This document shows, one piece after another, positions 34,581-44,383 of a DNA stretch of 64,000 nt (positions are counted from its first letter, which is position 1; every line of letters begins with the position of its first letter). Origin of the DNA: Alphaproteobacteria bacterium (lineage in GTDB: Bacteria; Pseudomonadota; Alphaproteobacteria; UBA2966); assembly GCA_964291395.2 (NCBI GenBank), contig OZ219856.1:2496001-2560000 (forward strand), in the 5' to 3' direction. A program made the translations under genes and the position numbers. The notes under the pieces were generated by a model. It had not been told where the DNA came from. It saw only the letters and a list, made by a program, of their open reading frames with translations, and ran no database searches.

Positions 34581-35774
34581 TCACCGCCGCGCCGCGCCGA
34601 TCAACAGCCGTCCATAAAGCAGCACGAACCCGGCAAAGGCGCTGCACCACGAGAGGCCCGCGAGCGTCCACAACACCATCGCGTGCTCCGGGAGCACGCC
34701 GCCGGCGAGCCTCGCGAGCACCGAGGCGACGACCAGCAGATAGAGCACCACCGTCCCCGGACCCGCCGTCAGCTCCTGCCCGCTGTGGCCAAGCGTCACG
34801 CGGGTCATCACGGCAAGCGTCATGATCCCGATTGCGCCCGCCATCCACAGATGCTGCGCCGGGGCGGGCGCCAAGGTGTCAGGCCACAGGATTGCCCCGC
34901 CCACGCCCAGCATGCCGAGCGGCACGAACGCATATCCCACGTGCAGGATCCAGAGCAGGGGTTCACCGCCGGTATCCTGTCCTCGCCATCGCATGAGCCG
35001 CGCTGCCTGCGCGATGCCCGACGCGAGCAGCAGATATCCTGTCTCCAGCGCATTGGGGATCGCGACCCACACCGTCAGGGCGAGCAGGGTGAGCGCAAGC
35101 GCCAGCCCGTCGAGACGCCCGAACGCCGCCGGCAGAACCTCGCTGTCGCGCGCCGCCAGCCAGTTTCGCGTGAACGCGGGCAGGATGCGCCCGCCGATCA
35201 CGGAGATCATCATGATCGCGGCGGCAAGGCCGATGCGCAGCCCGTAGCCCGACGCCGCGTACGCGTCCTCGGCGGCTTCCCGATGGAACAGCGCGTTGCC
35301 CGCGACGAACACGCCGATCATCGCGGCCACTACGAGGTTGCGCCAGTTCCTGCCGGCGACGATCTCGCGCAGCAAGTAGACGACGAGGACGACGAGGCAG
35401 GAGAGGTCGATCAGCGCCACCGCCGGGGGCGTGAGCCATTCCGACGCCGCGACCGCAATCCGGCCGAGGACCCAGAGCGCGAGCAAGCCTGCCAGGGGCC
35501 ACCCCGTGAGCGGAGGCCGGCCCGTCCAGTTCGGCACGGCGGTGAGCAGGAACCCCGCGAGCACCGCGCCGAGATAACCGAACAGCGCCTCGTGGGCATG
35601 CCAGGACACGGGGTCGAAGGCACTCGGCAGTTCGAGACTTCCGGTGAGCATCGCGAGCCAGTGCGCCATGGAGAGCAGCGCCCACAGCGCCGCGGACAGG
35701 AAGAAGGGCCGGAAGCCGCAGGACAGGAATCCGTGCGTCGAAGCCGCCGCCTTGGATTGGTGTGCGTTCGTCAG
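34581..35774 (-). CDS. nnrS: NnrS family heme-copper membrane protein
   Basis: GFRPFFL, WHAHEALFG, GFLLTAVPNWTG, IGGRILPAFTRNW, RVTLGHSG. The frame is open up to CTG at 35774; the first ATG (35669) lies downstream of GFRPFFL. Confidence 0.85.
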   Translation of the reverse strand: MTNAHQSKAAASTHGFLSCGFRPFFLSAALWALLSMAHWLAMLTGSLELPSAFDPVSWHAHEALFGYLGAVLAGFLLTAVPNWTGRPPLTGWPLAGLLALWVLGRIAVAASEWLTPPAVALIDLSCLVVLVVYLLREIVAGRNWRNLVVAAMIGVFVAGNALFHREAAEDAYAASGYGLRIGLAAAIMMISVIGGRILPAFTRNWLAARDSEVLPAAFGRLDGLALALTLLALTVWVAIPNALETGYLLLASGIAQAARLMRWRGQDTGGEPLLWILHVGYAFVPLGMLGVGGAILWPDTLAPAPAQHLWMAGAIGIMTLAVMTRVTLGHSGQELTAGPGTVVLYLLVVASVLARLAGGVLPEHAMVLWTLAGLSWCSAFAGFVLLYGRLLIGAARR

Positions 35775-35794
35775 TCAGCCCGCTCCCGATTCGC

Positions 35795-36120
35795 CAGCGT
35801 TCCAGCGATTTCATCTGTTCCAGTATTCCTGGAACCGGGGTTTCCTCGTCAAGCACGATCAGTTGGATACGAACCGATCCGCTGCGCGCGGCCGGCCAAT
35901 GGTCGAGCTTCGTCGGGACGTCAGCACACTGCCGGGCGGATAGACGGTTTCCCTCGTCTCGTCGACCTTGCCGCCATCGCCCAGGACATCGCGCCCGGAA
36001 TCACGGTCAGCAGGCGCAGACCGCTCTCGGTGGCATGGGGTGGCACGACCTCGCCCGCGTCGCGCTTCATGCCGAGATCAGATGTCAATGTTTTCAGACA
36101 CCTGAAGAAGGGGTGCAGAA
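35795..36120 (-). pseudogene. Cupin-domain gene upstream of nnrS, with several frameshifts
   Basis: Joined frames: VVPPHATESGLRLLTVI..MSW.DG.KVDETRETVYPPGSVLT....DHW.A.RSGSVRIQLIVLDEETPVPGI. Confidence 0.5.
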
Positions 36121-36267
36121 TGCCCCCATCGTCGCGATACCGCGCAGCGTCCTCTCCGCAGTAGTACTATGCCGATGGGGACGAGAGCGGCGAACCCGGT
36201 GTGTTGGCGAGAGGCCCGGCGAGACGGGTTTCACACGGCTGCAAAGACGTACAACGGGAGATGTCCG

Positions 36268-37023
36268 ATGTTCACACGACTGCCTGCTCTTAAGCGGTGG
36301 CTTGCCGTGGGATTGTTCCTGGCGGCGGGTTCGTGGTGCCCGGGCGTGAATGCTGCGGAAGGGTTCCACGCCGCGGTCGCGCTCGAACGGAGTTTCGCCG
36401 ACGTGGACTACGAAAAGTCGGTCGGGTTCGATTCGCCGTTCTCCGCCATGACCGCTCGCGACGACACGCGGGAGCCCGTGGACGCACTCAAGGCAGCCGT
36501 TGGATACCGCCGGCCGGTGTCAGGCCGACTGTACCTCGCCGGCGAGATCGAGGGCGCGTTCTACCTCGACGACGAGACCGGGGGGTTTCTGGAGGGCACC
36601 GGAGAGGGCGACACCGACGTCTGGCCCGGGACGTGGACTCTCGAGAGGCGCCACGCCGTCGGTGTGAATGCGCGTCTGGGGTATATCCCAGATTCGCTGG
36701 AGTTCCTGGGCACGGAGCGTTCGCTTTACCTGTTCGCGGGCACCCGCTGGATCGACGCCGACATCGAGGCGGGGCACCTCAACCGGCGCCTGGGCATCGC
36801 CGGATCGAGACGCGAGGACCGTACTTTGAATCCATGGCTGGTAGGGCTCGGTATCGAGTTCGGCGGCGGCGAAAGCCGTTTCGACTTGCGGCTTACCCAC
36901 GCGGCCTATGACATCGGTTTCGGTTCCAGCGGCAACGCGGCGGACGATCCGAGGATCGGCTACGTTTTCGATTTCCGGGAATGGAGCGTGACCCTGGGTT
37001 ACGTCGTCGCTTTCGGCGACTGA
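36268..37023 (+). CDS. Outer-membrane beta-barrel protein
   Basis: Signal peptide, amphipathic strands (AVGYR, LYLAGEIEG, ARLGY, GLGIEF), C-terminal VTLGYVVAF. Confidence 0.72.
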   Translation: MFTRLPALKRWLAVGLFLAAGSWCPGVNAAEGFHAAVALERSFADVDYEKSVGFDSPFSAMTARDDTREPVDALKAAVGYRRPVSGRLYLAGEIEGAFYLDDETGGFLEGTGEGDTDVWPGTWTLERRHAVGVNARLGYIPDSLEFLGTERSLYLFAGTRWIDADIEAGHLNRRLGIAGSRREDRTLNPWLVGLGIEFGGGESRFDLRLTHAAYDIGFGSSGNAADDPRIGYVFDFREWSVTLGYVVAFGD

Positions 37024-37317
37024 CCCCATCAGTCGTCAGCGGTGCCTCGGTTCGAAATTCGCGTCTTGCGGCTCTCGCGGGAGCCGGCTTTCGACGAGCG
37101 CCATCCCAGACCCGCTCGGAGCTGGTCTACGACCGCATGATCATGCTCGAGGGCCTGCGCGAGGCGAGCAGCGGCAGCACTGCGGTGCCCGCACCGATGG
37201 TGTTGGTGTGTTTCGACGGTTACATGCGTCGCGGCTTCGGCGATGTGGCGGAGGGATTGAAAGCCTATACGGAAGCAATCCACGCAGGGACCGGAACGAA
37301 CGGATAGAAGACTTGCC

Positions 37318-38676
37318 TCACGCCTTCCTGAAGCGCCAGCCGTACATCGTGCGCCCGTAAAAGTTGAACCACTTCCTTGCTTCAGAATCCTGAAACGGAT
37401 AGTCCGCTCCGATCTGTCTCGCCGTAACGAGACCGGACACGAAACAGGTCTCCTGGCTGTTGATCAGAGTGTGGGCGCCGCAATGCCACGTTCGCCTCCT
37501 GCCCTGAACAAAGCGAAACAAATGGATCAGAAGGACCACGTGAAGCACATCGTGCACGATATGCTGAAACCACCACTTCTTGACGATCTTACCTTCGTCG
37601 ATGCGACTGATCGGATTGTAGGTCACCAGGCATGGCTTGTCCGACCGCTTCGCCCAAGGCTGCTGATTGTGCATGATGTAGGTGATTTCGTAGTTGTCAG
37701 GTCTCGCACCGTACTGCTCGATGTGGTTGCTCCGGGTGGCGAGTGGCTCGACATCGTTGTCCGGAAGAACCGAGGCGTCCGAATGAACGACCGTATGGTT
37801 GTGCAGTTCGCTCTCGTAACGTATCGAAGAGAGAAGACAACTCTCCAGGAAGGTCGGTTTATCCAGGATCATCAGCGTTTGATTCGCGTTGCACGAGAAA
37901 ACGACATCATCAAACGTCTCTGTCCTTCCGCTTTCGTCCTCTACGATTACGTCGGATCGACGCCGGTACACTTTTCGAACCGGTCGGCCGAGGTAAATCT
38001 TATCCCGAAAGGCAGCCGACAATTTTTCATAGATCCGCCGCGTGCCTCGGTCCCAGGTCTGCATCGGCGTTGCGGTTTCAATATCAAAGAACTCCAGATA
38101 CCGGGAAAACAGAGACGCGGGCATGTCGAACACGTTCGTGGCCATCAGGAAGTTGACGAACATGGGCTTCAGTATCTTGTACCTGAAATCTCCGGAGAAA
38201 CCGCCGAAGTTGAGAACCGTACCCATGCTGACGTAGTTGAACGGGTTGAGAGCATTTAGCAGTCTGGATCTGGATCGGTTGAGCCGGCCAAACCACTTCA
38301 AACGCCTCAAGAGCTTCTGGAATTTCTCGATTTCCGGCTGCAACTGCCTCCTGATGTCGGAGTCGAAATCGTGAGCATAGACGCCGCCACGATACTTCAC
38401 GCTGTAGCTGAACCTGGTATCGACCAGCTCGATACCATGTTGCTGCATGAACAGAAGAATGTGATGGTATACCGAGGGAATGCACGCGGTGACGGAAATA
38501 TCAAACGGAATCGAGGTGCCGTCGTTTTGCGGCATGTCGGCCGTGACGGCGTTGCCGCCGACCTGAGCCTGCGCTTCGAACAGCCGAAAATCGAATCGAT
38601 CGGGGTGCTGATGCAGCGCCCAGGCCACCCCCAGCCCCGAGACCCCCGCACCGACAATGGCAACCCTTCTCGGCAT
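37318..38676 (-). CDS. FAD-dependent oxidoreductase (amine-oxidase-like family often linked to cfa)
   Basis: VAIVGAGVSGL, FEAQAQVGGNA, VVHSD, WHCGAH...QETCFVSG. Confidence 0.85.
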   Translation of the reverse strand: MPRRVAIVGAGVSGLGVAWALHQHPDRFDFRLFEAQAQVGGNAVTADMPQNDGTSIPFDISVTACIPSVYHHILLFMQQHGIELVDTRFSYSVKYRGGVYAHDFDSDIRRQLQPEIEKFQKLLRRLKWFGRLNRSRSRLLNALNPFNYVSMGTVLNFGGFSGDFRYKILKPMFVNFLMATNVFDMPASLFSRYLEFFDIETATPMQTWDRGTRRIYEKLSAAFRDKIYLGRPVRKVYRRRSDVIVEDESGRTETFDDVVFSCNANQTLMILDKPTFLESCLLSSIRYESELHNHTVVHSDASVLPDNDVEPLATRSNHIEQYGARPDNYEITYIMHNQQPWAKRSDKPCLVTYNPISRIDEGKIVKKWWFQHIVHDVLHVVLLIHLFRFVQGRRRTWHCGAHTLINSQETCFVSGLVTARQIGADYPFQDSEARKWFNFYGRTMYGWRFRKA

Positions 38677-38937
38677 CTCCACGCCCCGCTTCACCCGAAG
38701 AATGTGATGGTATACCGAGGGTCCGCTACGGAAATATCTACCATCGTTGTCGGACCTGACCTGCCTCGAACGCCACTCCATCGGGCCCGTTGCCATCAGG
38801 CCACCCCCAGCCCCGAGACCCCCGCACCGACAATGGCAACCCTTCTCGGCATCTCCACGCCCCGCTTCACCCATGGTCCCTACTCTACCATCGTCGGCGA
38901 CCTCCTCGAACGCCACTCCATCGGGCCCGTTGCCATC
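38621..38937. repeat. Scrambled local duplication at the 5' end of the FAD oxidoreductase
   Basis: 76 bp at 38621-38696 = 38797-38872; 34 bp at 38764-38797 = 38904-38937; 25 bp at 38454-38478 = 38697-38721. Confidence 0.85.
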
Positions 38938-39057
38938 GGGCGCCGGAATGGGTCGTGCGCCGATACCGCGGCCGGCGCCAACGGGAGCACCCGCCCGCCG
39001 ACGTGCACGGGATACGTCCTGTAGGAATGCGGGCTCGATGCTCCCATATAGACCGGC

Positions 39058-39756
39058 ATGACCAAGCATCGCCTTCTCTGGCTCGTCCTGATCGCGCTCG
39101 GCGTCGGTCTCGTGGTGCTCGTCGTGCATCTGGCATTGCTCGATCCCCGCGGGTCTTTGGGCACAGGCGGCGGGCCTTCTCTGATTTACAACGTCACCTT
39201 GCTCACCATCCTGGTGGCGAGCGCGCTGCTCCATCGGCGTCTCCGGCCCGGACACGTTCTGAGACATCTTGCTATCTGGCTGGCAGCCGGTGCCGTGCTC
39301 GTGCTCGGCTACAGTTACCGTCACGATGCGGCGAGCATCGCGAACCGTTTGATGGCGGAGATCATGCCGTCCCGCGGCGTCGTAGGGGATGGTGAGGTCA
39401 TCTTTCGGGAACGGCGAGGCGGGCACTTCGTCATCGACGCCGAAGTCGACGGTATTTCGATCCAGTTCCTCGTCGATACGGGTGCAAGCGACGTCACCCT
39501 GACCCCACGAGACGCGGAGCGATTGGGCTTCGACCTTGACCGTCTGAACTACGAGCGTGCCTACCGCACGGCGAACGGTTTCGTGAGGGGGGCGCCTGTC
39601 CGCCTGCACCGAATCACCATCGGGAACATCTCCGTCCCGAACGTCGACGCGTCGGTCAGCGCAGCGAAGATGAGCCTCTCTCTGCTCGGCATGAGCTATC
39701 TCTCGCGATTGTCGAGCTTCGAGGTGGCGCGCGGCACCCTGACGTTGCGCCCCTAA
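39058..39756 (+). CDS. Clan AA aspartic protease (TIGR02281-like), membrane anchored
   Basis: Three TM helices, GHF, FLVDTGAS, TANG, LLGMSYL. Confidence 0.9.
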   Translation: MTKHRLLWLVLIALGVGLVVLVVHLALLDPRGSLGTGGGPSLIYNVTLLTILVASALLHRRLRPGHVLRHLAIWLAAGAVLVLGYSYRHDAASIANRLMAEIMPSRGVVGDGEVIFRERRGGHFVIDAEVDGISIQFLVDTGASDVTLTPRDAERLGFDLDRLNYERAYRTANGFVRGAPVRLHRITIGNISVPNVDASVSAAKMSLSLLGMSYLSRLSSFEVARGTLTLRP

Positions 39757-39932
39757 TCCCGTTGTGCGGATCGCGTATGAATTGACCGCCGCCCCCCACG
39801 CCCTCAATACCAACCTTCCAACCCCGCCTCAGTGCCGGAAATCTCCGGATATCATCTGGAGTACGCCTTTCACATCGGTCTCCGTGCCCGTGAACACGAC
39901 AGGGCATGAAACGAAGGGCTAAAGTGTCCCGG

Positions 39933-42254
39933 ATGGTACGCAATCGAAATCTCACATTGAGCCATTGGGGCGCTTACGAGCTGGAAATCGAGGGCGGCGA
40001 CGTTGCAGCTGTCCATTCTTATGAGAATGACCCCGATCCTTCGCCGATCGGGCAGTCGTTCGTGGGATCGCTCCGGCACCGAAGTCGAATCTCTCAACCT
40101 GCCGTGCGACGGGGTTGGCTCGAACGCGGGCCTCACGATCACGGGGGCGGACGTGGCTGGGAGCCGTTCGTCTCAATCGGCTGGGATGACGCACTGGACC
40201 TCGTGGCCGCCGAACTTGACCGGGTCCGGAAGGAACACGGGAACAGTGCCATCTTCGGCGGTTCGTACGGCTGGGCGAGCGCCGGACGATTTCATCACGC
40301 ACAAAGCCAGATTCACCGTTTCCTGAATGGGATTGGCGGTTACACCTACTCCGTCGATACCTATTCGACGGCGGCGGCGCGGGTCGTCATCCCGCATGTT
40401 CTGGGCAAGGATTTCTACTACGAAGTCGCCATGTCGATGACGGCGTGGCCGGTCATTGCGGAACATACCCGCCTGGTCGTCGCCTTCGGTGGAGTCGCAC
40501 TCAAGAACGCACAATGCAACGCTGCAGGCATCGTTCGTCACACCGCCCGGCATTGGCTCCGGCGTGCCCGCGACAATGATGTCGAATTCGTCAACATCAG
40601 TCCGCTGAAAGAGGACGCCGCGGACTTCCTCGACGCGGAATGGTGGCCGCTGAAACCCAATACCGATACCGCGATGATGCTGGGTCTGGCCCACACCCTG
40701 GTCGCGGAAGATCTTCACGATCGCGGGTTCCTTTCAAGCCATTGCACGGGTTTCGATCGCTTTCTGCCGTATCTGATGGGCAAGAAAGACGGCGTGGCGA
40801 AAAATGCCGAATGGGCCTCAGCCATAACCGGAATTGATGCGGGCCGGATCCGAGCTCTCGCGCGGCGCATGGCCGGTACGCGCACCATGATCATGGTGGC
40901 GCGGGCGCTCCAACGCGGAGACCACGGCGAACAACCCTATTGGATGGGAGCGGTGCTCGCGGCAATGCTTGGTCAGATCGGCCTGCCGGGAGGGGGCGTC
41001 GGGTTCGGATATGCCGCAGAAGGGGGAAACGGCACGCCTGTGCGATTGCTGCGCGGCCCGACGCTGCCGCAGGGCGCGAACAAGGTCGAAAAGTTCATCC
41101 CGGTTGCACGGATCGCCGACGCCTTGCTTCAGCCGGGTGAGGCGTATGATTACAACGGACATCGGTTGACGTTTCCCGACATTCGACTCGTCTACTGGTG
41201 CGGCGGTAATCCATTCCACCATCATCAGGACTTGAACCGCCTGGCAGCGGCTTGGCAACGGCCGGAGACAATCGTCGTGCACGAGCCTTATTGGAATTCT
41301 CTTGCCCGTCACGCCGATATCGTCCTGCCTGCGACGACACCCCTCGAACGCAACGACATCGGGCGGGCCAACAACGACTCGCACATCGTTGCCATGCCGC
41401 AGGCCGTGCCGCCGCCCGGTGAGGCTCGGAACGACTACGACATGTTCCGAGCTCTGGCCTCCCGCCTCGGCTTTGAAGAGCGCTTCACGGAAGGCCGCAG
41501 CGAAATGGAGTGGCTACGCCATCTTTACGACGTGTTCCGCCAACAAGCCGCTCGCGATGATATCGAGCTTCCCGACTTCGAGGAGTTCTGGCACCTCAAC
41601 ATCCTTGAGCTTCCCCTCGAGGACAACGACCGTGTGCTGTTGGCCGACTTCCGTCAGGACCCGCAAGAATGCCCCCTGCCGACCCCTTCCGGCCGCATCG
41701 AGATATTCTCCGAAACGATTGACGGTTTCGGCTACGACGATTGTCCCGGCCATCCGGTATGGCTGGAGCCGGCAGAATGGCTTGGTTCGGAACTGACGCG
41801 AAAATTTCCGCTGCATCTCCTGTCGAATCAGCCCAGGACCCGACTGCACAGCCAGTTGGACTTCGGGTCTACCAGCACGGACTCAAAGATCAAGAACAGG
41901 GAACCACTCCTGATTCATATCGACGACGCCCGTTCGCGAGGCATCCTGGACGGCGACATCGTGCGGATATTCAACGACCGGGGCGCCAGCCTCGCGGGAG
42001 CGCGTCTAACTTCGGATATCAGACCCGGTGTCGTGATGCTGAGCACCGGTGCCTGGTACGACCCGGCTATGCCTGGCGGTTTGGACCGTCACGGAAATCC
42101 CAATGTCCTGACCCTGGACAAGGGCACGTCACGCCTCGCACAGGGACCCAGTTCGAACACCACGTTGGTAGAGATCGAGAGCCTATCGGACCCTGCGCCG
42201 GCGATCGAAATCTTCGACCCGCCCGAGATTCATGCACGTGCCGCTGAAGATTGA
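39933..42254 (+). CDS. Molybdopterin S/N-oxide reductase, BisC/TorA/DorA family (cytoplasmic)
   Basis: SHWG, GGSYGWASAGRFHHA, Ser ligand DTYSTAA, GGNPFHHHQD, RLHSQ, GAWYDP; no Tat signal. Confidence 0.9.
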   Translation: MVRNRNLTLSHWGAYELEIEGGDVAAVHSYENDPDPSPIGQSFVGSLRHRSRISQPAVRRGWLERGPHDHGGGRGWEPFVSIGWDDALDLVAAELDRVRKEHGNSAIFGGSYGWASAGRFHHAQSQIHRFLNGIGGYTYSVDTYSTAAARVVIPHVLGKDFYYEVAMSMTAWPVIAEHTRLVVAFGGVALKNAQCNAAGIVRHTARHWLRRARDNDVEFVNISPLKEDAADFLDAEWWPLKPNTDTAMMLGLAHTLVAEDLHDRGFLSSHCTGFDRFLPYLMGKKDGVAKNAEWASAITGIDAGRIRALARRMAGTRTMIMVARALQRGDHGEQPYWMGAVLAAMLGQIGLPGGGVGFGYAAEGGNGTPVRLLRGPTLPQGANKVEKFIPVARIADALLQPGEAYDYNGHRLTFPDIRLVYWCGGNPFHHHQDLNRLAAAWQRPETIVVHEPYWNSLARHADIVLPATTPLERNDIGRANNDSHIVAMPQAVPPPGEARNDYDMFRALASRLGFEERFTEGRSEMEWLRHLYDVFRQQAARDDIELPDFEEFWHLNILELPLEDNDRVLLADFRQDPQECPLPTPSGRIEIFSETIDGFGYDDCPGHPVWLEPAEWLGSELTRKFPLHLLSNQPRTRLHSQLDFGSTSTDSKIKNREPLLIHIDDARSRGILDGDIVRIFNDRGASLAGARLTSDIRPGVVMLSTGAWYDPAMPGGLDRHGNPNVLTLDKGTSRLAQGPSSNTTLVEIESLSDPAPAIEIFDPPEIHARAAED

Positions 42255-42494
42255 TCTATTCCTCGGCGCCCGTTTCCTAGCCATCCCGACCTGCTTGACC
42301 GGTCTTGGGGGGTGAGCGGTCGTACAAACGGCCTCCAACGGGGTTCGACAGCCCCTACTCACCCTCGCCGGGAAAATATCGGCGATTGGGACATCCGAAG
42401 TTTCGGCGATGCGGGCGATGGTATCCATCTCGGTCCACAACAAACGAGACCGTCGCAATCTTCGACCGTATCGGTGCCCTCCTGGGTCAAAGCG

Positions 42495-43355
42495 TCAGGC
42501 GCTCAGCCTCTCGGCGATCGAAAGAATTCGATGCATGTCGCGCAACACCGGCTTTTCAATCAGCTTTCCGTCGATGACCACGAGCCCGGTATCCGCCTCC
42601 TCGAAAGCATTTATGATCCGTCTCGCGTGCGCGATCGTCGCCTCGTCCGGCGTGAACACCTCGTTCAGGATCGCAATCTGCTTCGGATGGATGGAGCCTT
42701 TTCCGCTGAACCCCATGTCGCGGACAAGTTCGGCCTCACGCCGCATCCCGTCCGAATCTTCGAGGTCGAGATAAGGCACGTCGATCGCATCCAACCCTTC
42801 CGACGCGGCGGCATGCACCACACGGGACCGGGCATAGAGCAACGGCTCCCAAGCATTTTTGCAACGGAGCTCGGCGGCCATGTCGACGCCGCCGAAGAAC
42901 AATGCGTCGATCCTCGAGCTGGATCGCGCGATGTCATGCACCGCTTCCAGCGCGGCGTTGGTCTCGATGATCACGTGCAGTCGGGTACCATGGCCCCGTT
43001 CGGTCAGCAGATCATCCAGCCAGACCACCTCGTCCGGAGTACGGACCTTCGGAAGCATCAGCGCCGGCGGCGGAGTGTCGGCCGCCAGCACCGCCTGCAC
43101 GTCCGCCAAGCCGAATGCCTCGCGCGGACAGTTGATCCGCACGATGCGCTCCACACCGTCATCGGCTTGCGGCTCGGCGAACAAAGCCATCGCATTGCGT
43201 CGCGCCGTTTCCTTGTCCTTGGGCGCGATACCGTCCTCCAGTTCGACACAGACGATGTCGGTTCCGGACGCCAGCGCCTTCGGGAACAATTCCGGACGCA
43301 AGCCGGGCGAGAAGATAAAGCTCCGACGCGGCCGGACCGTCCGTTCCTGGGTCAT
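42495..43355 (-). CDS. CitE/HpcH family CoA-ester lyase
   Basis: RRSFIFSPG, ELEDGIAP, IIET, GKGSIHPKQI, DGKLIE; SD AAGGAG. Confidence 0.88.
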   Translation of the reverse strand: MTQERTVRPRRSFIFSPGLRPELFPKALASGTDIVCVELEDGIAPKDKETARRNAMALFAEPQADDGVERIVRINCPREAFGLADVQAVLAADTPPPALMLPKVRTPDEVVWLDDLLTERGHGTRLHVIIETNAALEAVHDIARSSSRIDALFFGGVDMAAELRCKNAWEPLLYARSRVVHAAASEGLDAIDVPYLDLEDSDGMRREAELVRDMGFSGKGSIHPKQIAILNEVFTPDEATIAHARRIINAFEEADTGLVVIDGKLIEKPVLRDMHRILSIAERLSA

Positions 43356-43653
43356 GATGTCTCCTTGGATCTGATGAGTACCTGGATCAGCTTTTCCGCT
43401 TCCTCGGGCTTCAGCCGGTAAACGTAATCCTCGTCCGGAAAGACGCCTAGCCTGCTCCTCCAAAATCACGAGATCTGGTCTTCCGTAAACCTGCCGCGCT
43501 TCAAGTGAAGTCCTAAGGTAGCTGGAAAATTTGGTCGGGGCGCCTCCTCGCCGAGGGTTCATCGGCCGGTGGCGGCTGCCGCCGGCGTTGGAGGCCGGGA
43601 TCGGACCCTGCGCAAACGCGTATCGCAACAGCATGACGGGCGCGGCACGGCGT

Positions 43654-44325
43654 TCACGGGCCGCCTGCAGATTTTGGCCCGGGTGCGGCCCAGGCGGCGA
43701 AGCCGGCAAGCAGGGCCGCAAGCACCGCCCACCCCTGCCAAGCACCCATCGTGAAGAGCGTGAGCGCGGAGACCGCAAGCCACAGCGCCGGGACGACGCA
43801 TAAGAGGGCCGTCCACCGGCTGCGCTCCGCGAACGCAAGCAGGGCGAGCGTGGCGGCGGCGGTCGGATCGGGCGCGACCGCGAAGACCTCCGCCTCTTGC
43901 CAGGACCGTCCGTCGAGAGGCGCGAAGACCGGCCAGGCCAGAAGCGCCGCCGCCAAAAGCCCGATGCCCATTCGAACCCCTCTTCCCCGCCTGGCGAAGG
44001 CCGGCCGGCCCGTGAGGCCCAGCGCCGCCAGAAGCGCGCCCTCGGCATAGAACCCCCAGGCGAGCGTCGGCGCGGCCCAATTGACCGTCCCGTAACGCAG
44101 CGCCACGAACTGCCACCCGACCCAGAGCCACGCCGCGCCGAGCGCGGGGCCGAGCCACCACCCGGACGGCCGCCAGCCGCGCAGCAGGCAGAGGACAAGC
44201 AGCGCGCCCGCTGCCAGCAGCAGCGGTTGGGCCGGCCAGACTGCCTCGTTTTCAAGCGCGAAGAGCCGCCAATAGACACGTGCCGAGAATGGCAGCAAGT
44301 CCTCCAGCACCCAGGACCCCACCAT
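43654..44325 (-). CDS. DUF6064-like membrane protein
   Basis: LLPFS..VYWRLF...N..VWP, INWAA-like VNWAA, APDPTA; downstream of the AKR gene. Confidence 0.7.
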   Translation of the reverse strand: MVGSWVLEDLLPFSARVYWRLFALENEAVWPAQPLLLAAGALLVLCLLRGWRPSGWWLGPALGAAWLWVGWQFVALRYGTVNWAAPTLAWGFYAEGALLAALGLTGRPAFARRGRGVRMGIGLLAAALLAWPVFAPLDGRSWQEAEVFAVAPDPTAAATLALLAFAERSRWTALLCVVPALWLAVSALTLFTMGAWQGWAVLAALLAGFAAWAAPGPKSAGGP

Positions 44326-44383
44326 CGCGGGCCTCTATTCCGTCCCTGCCATCCGCGAGCCCACCGGCCCGAACGGCATGGTC

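Noticed and set aside
38621-38872. DGR template/variable repeat pair
   Set aside because: The copies are identical with no adenine-specific mismatches, they lie at a gene 5' end, and there is no intact RT nearby.
37318-39813. 831-aa ORF as a single protein
   Set aside because: Only 37318-38676 is the oxidoreductase; the rest is the scrambled repeat and the antisense of the aspartic protease.
42495-44279. 594-aa ORF as a fusion
   Set aside because: CitE starts at 43355 with its own SD; the upstream part overlaps the DUF6064-like gene in another frame.
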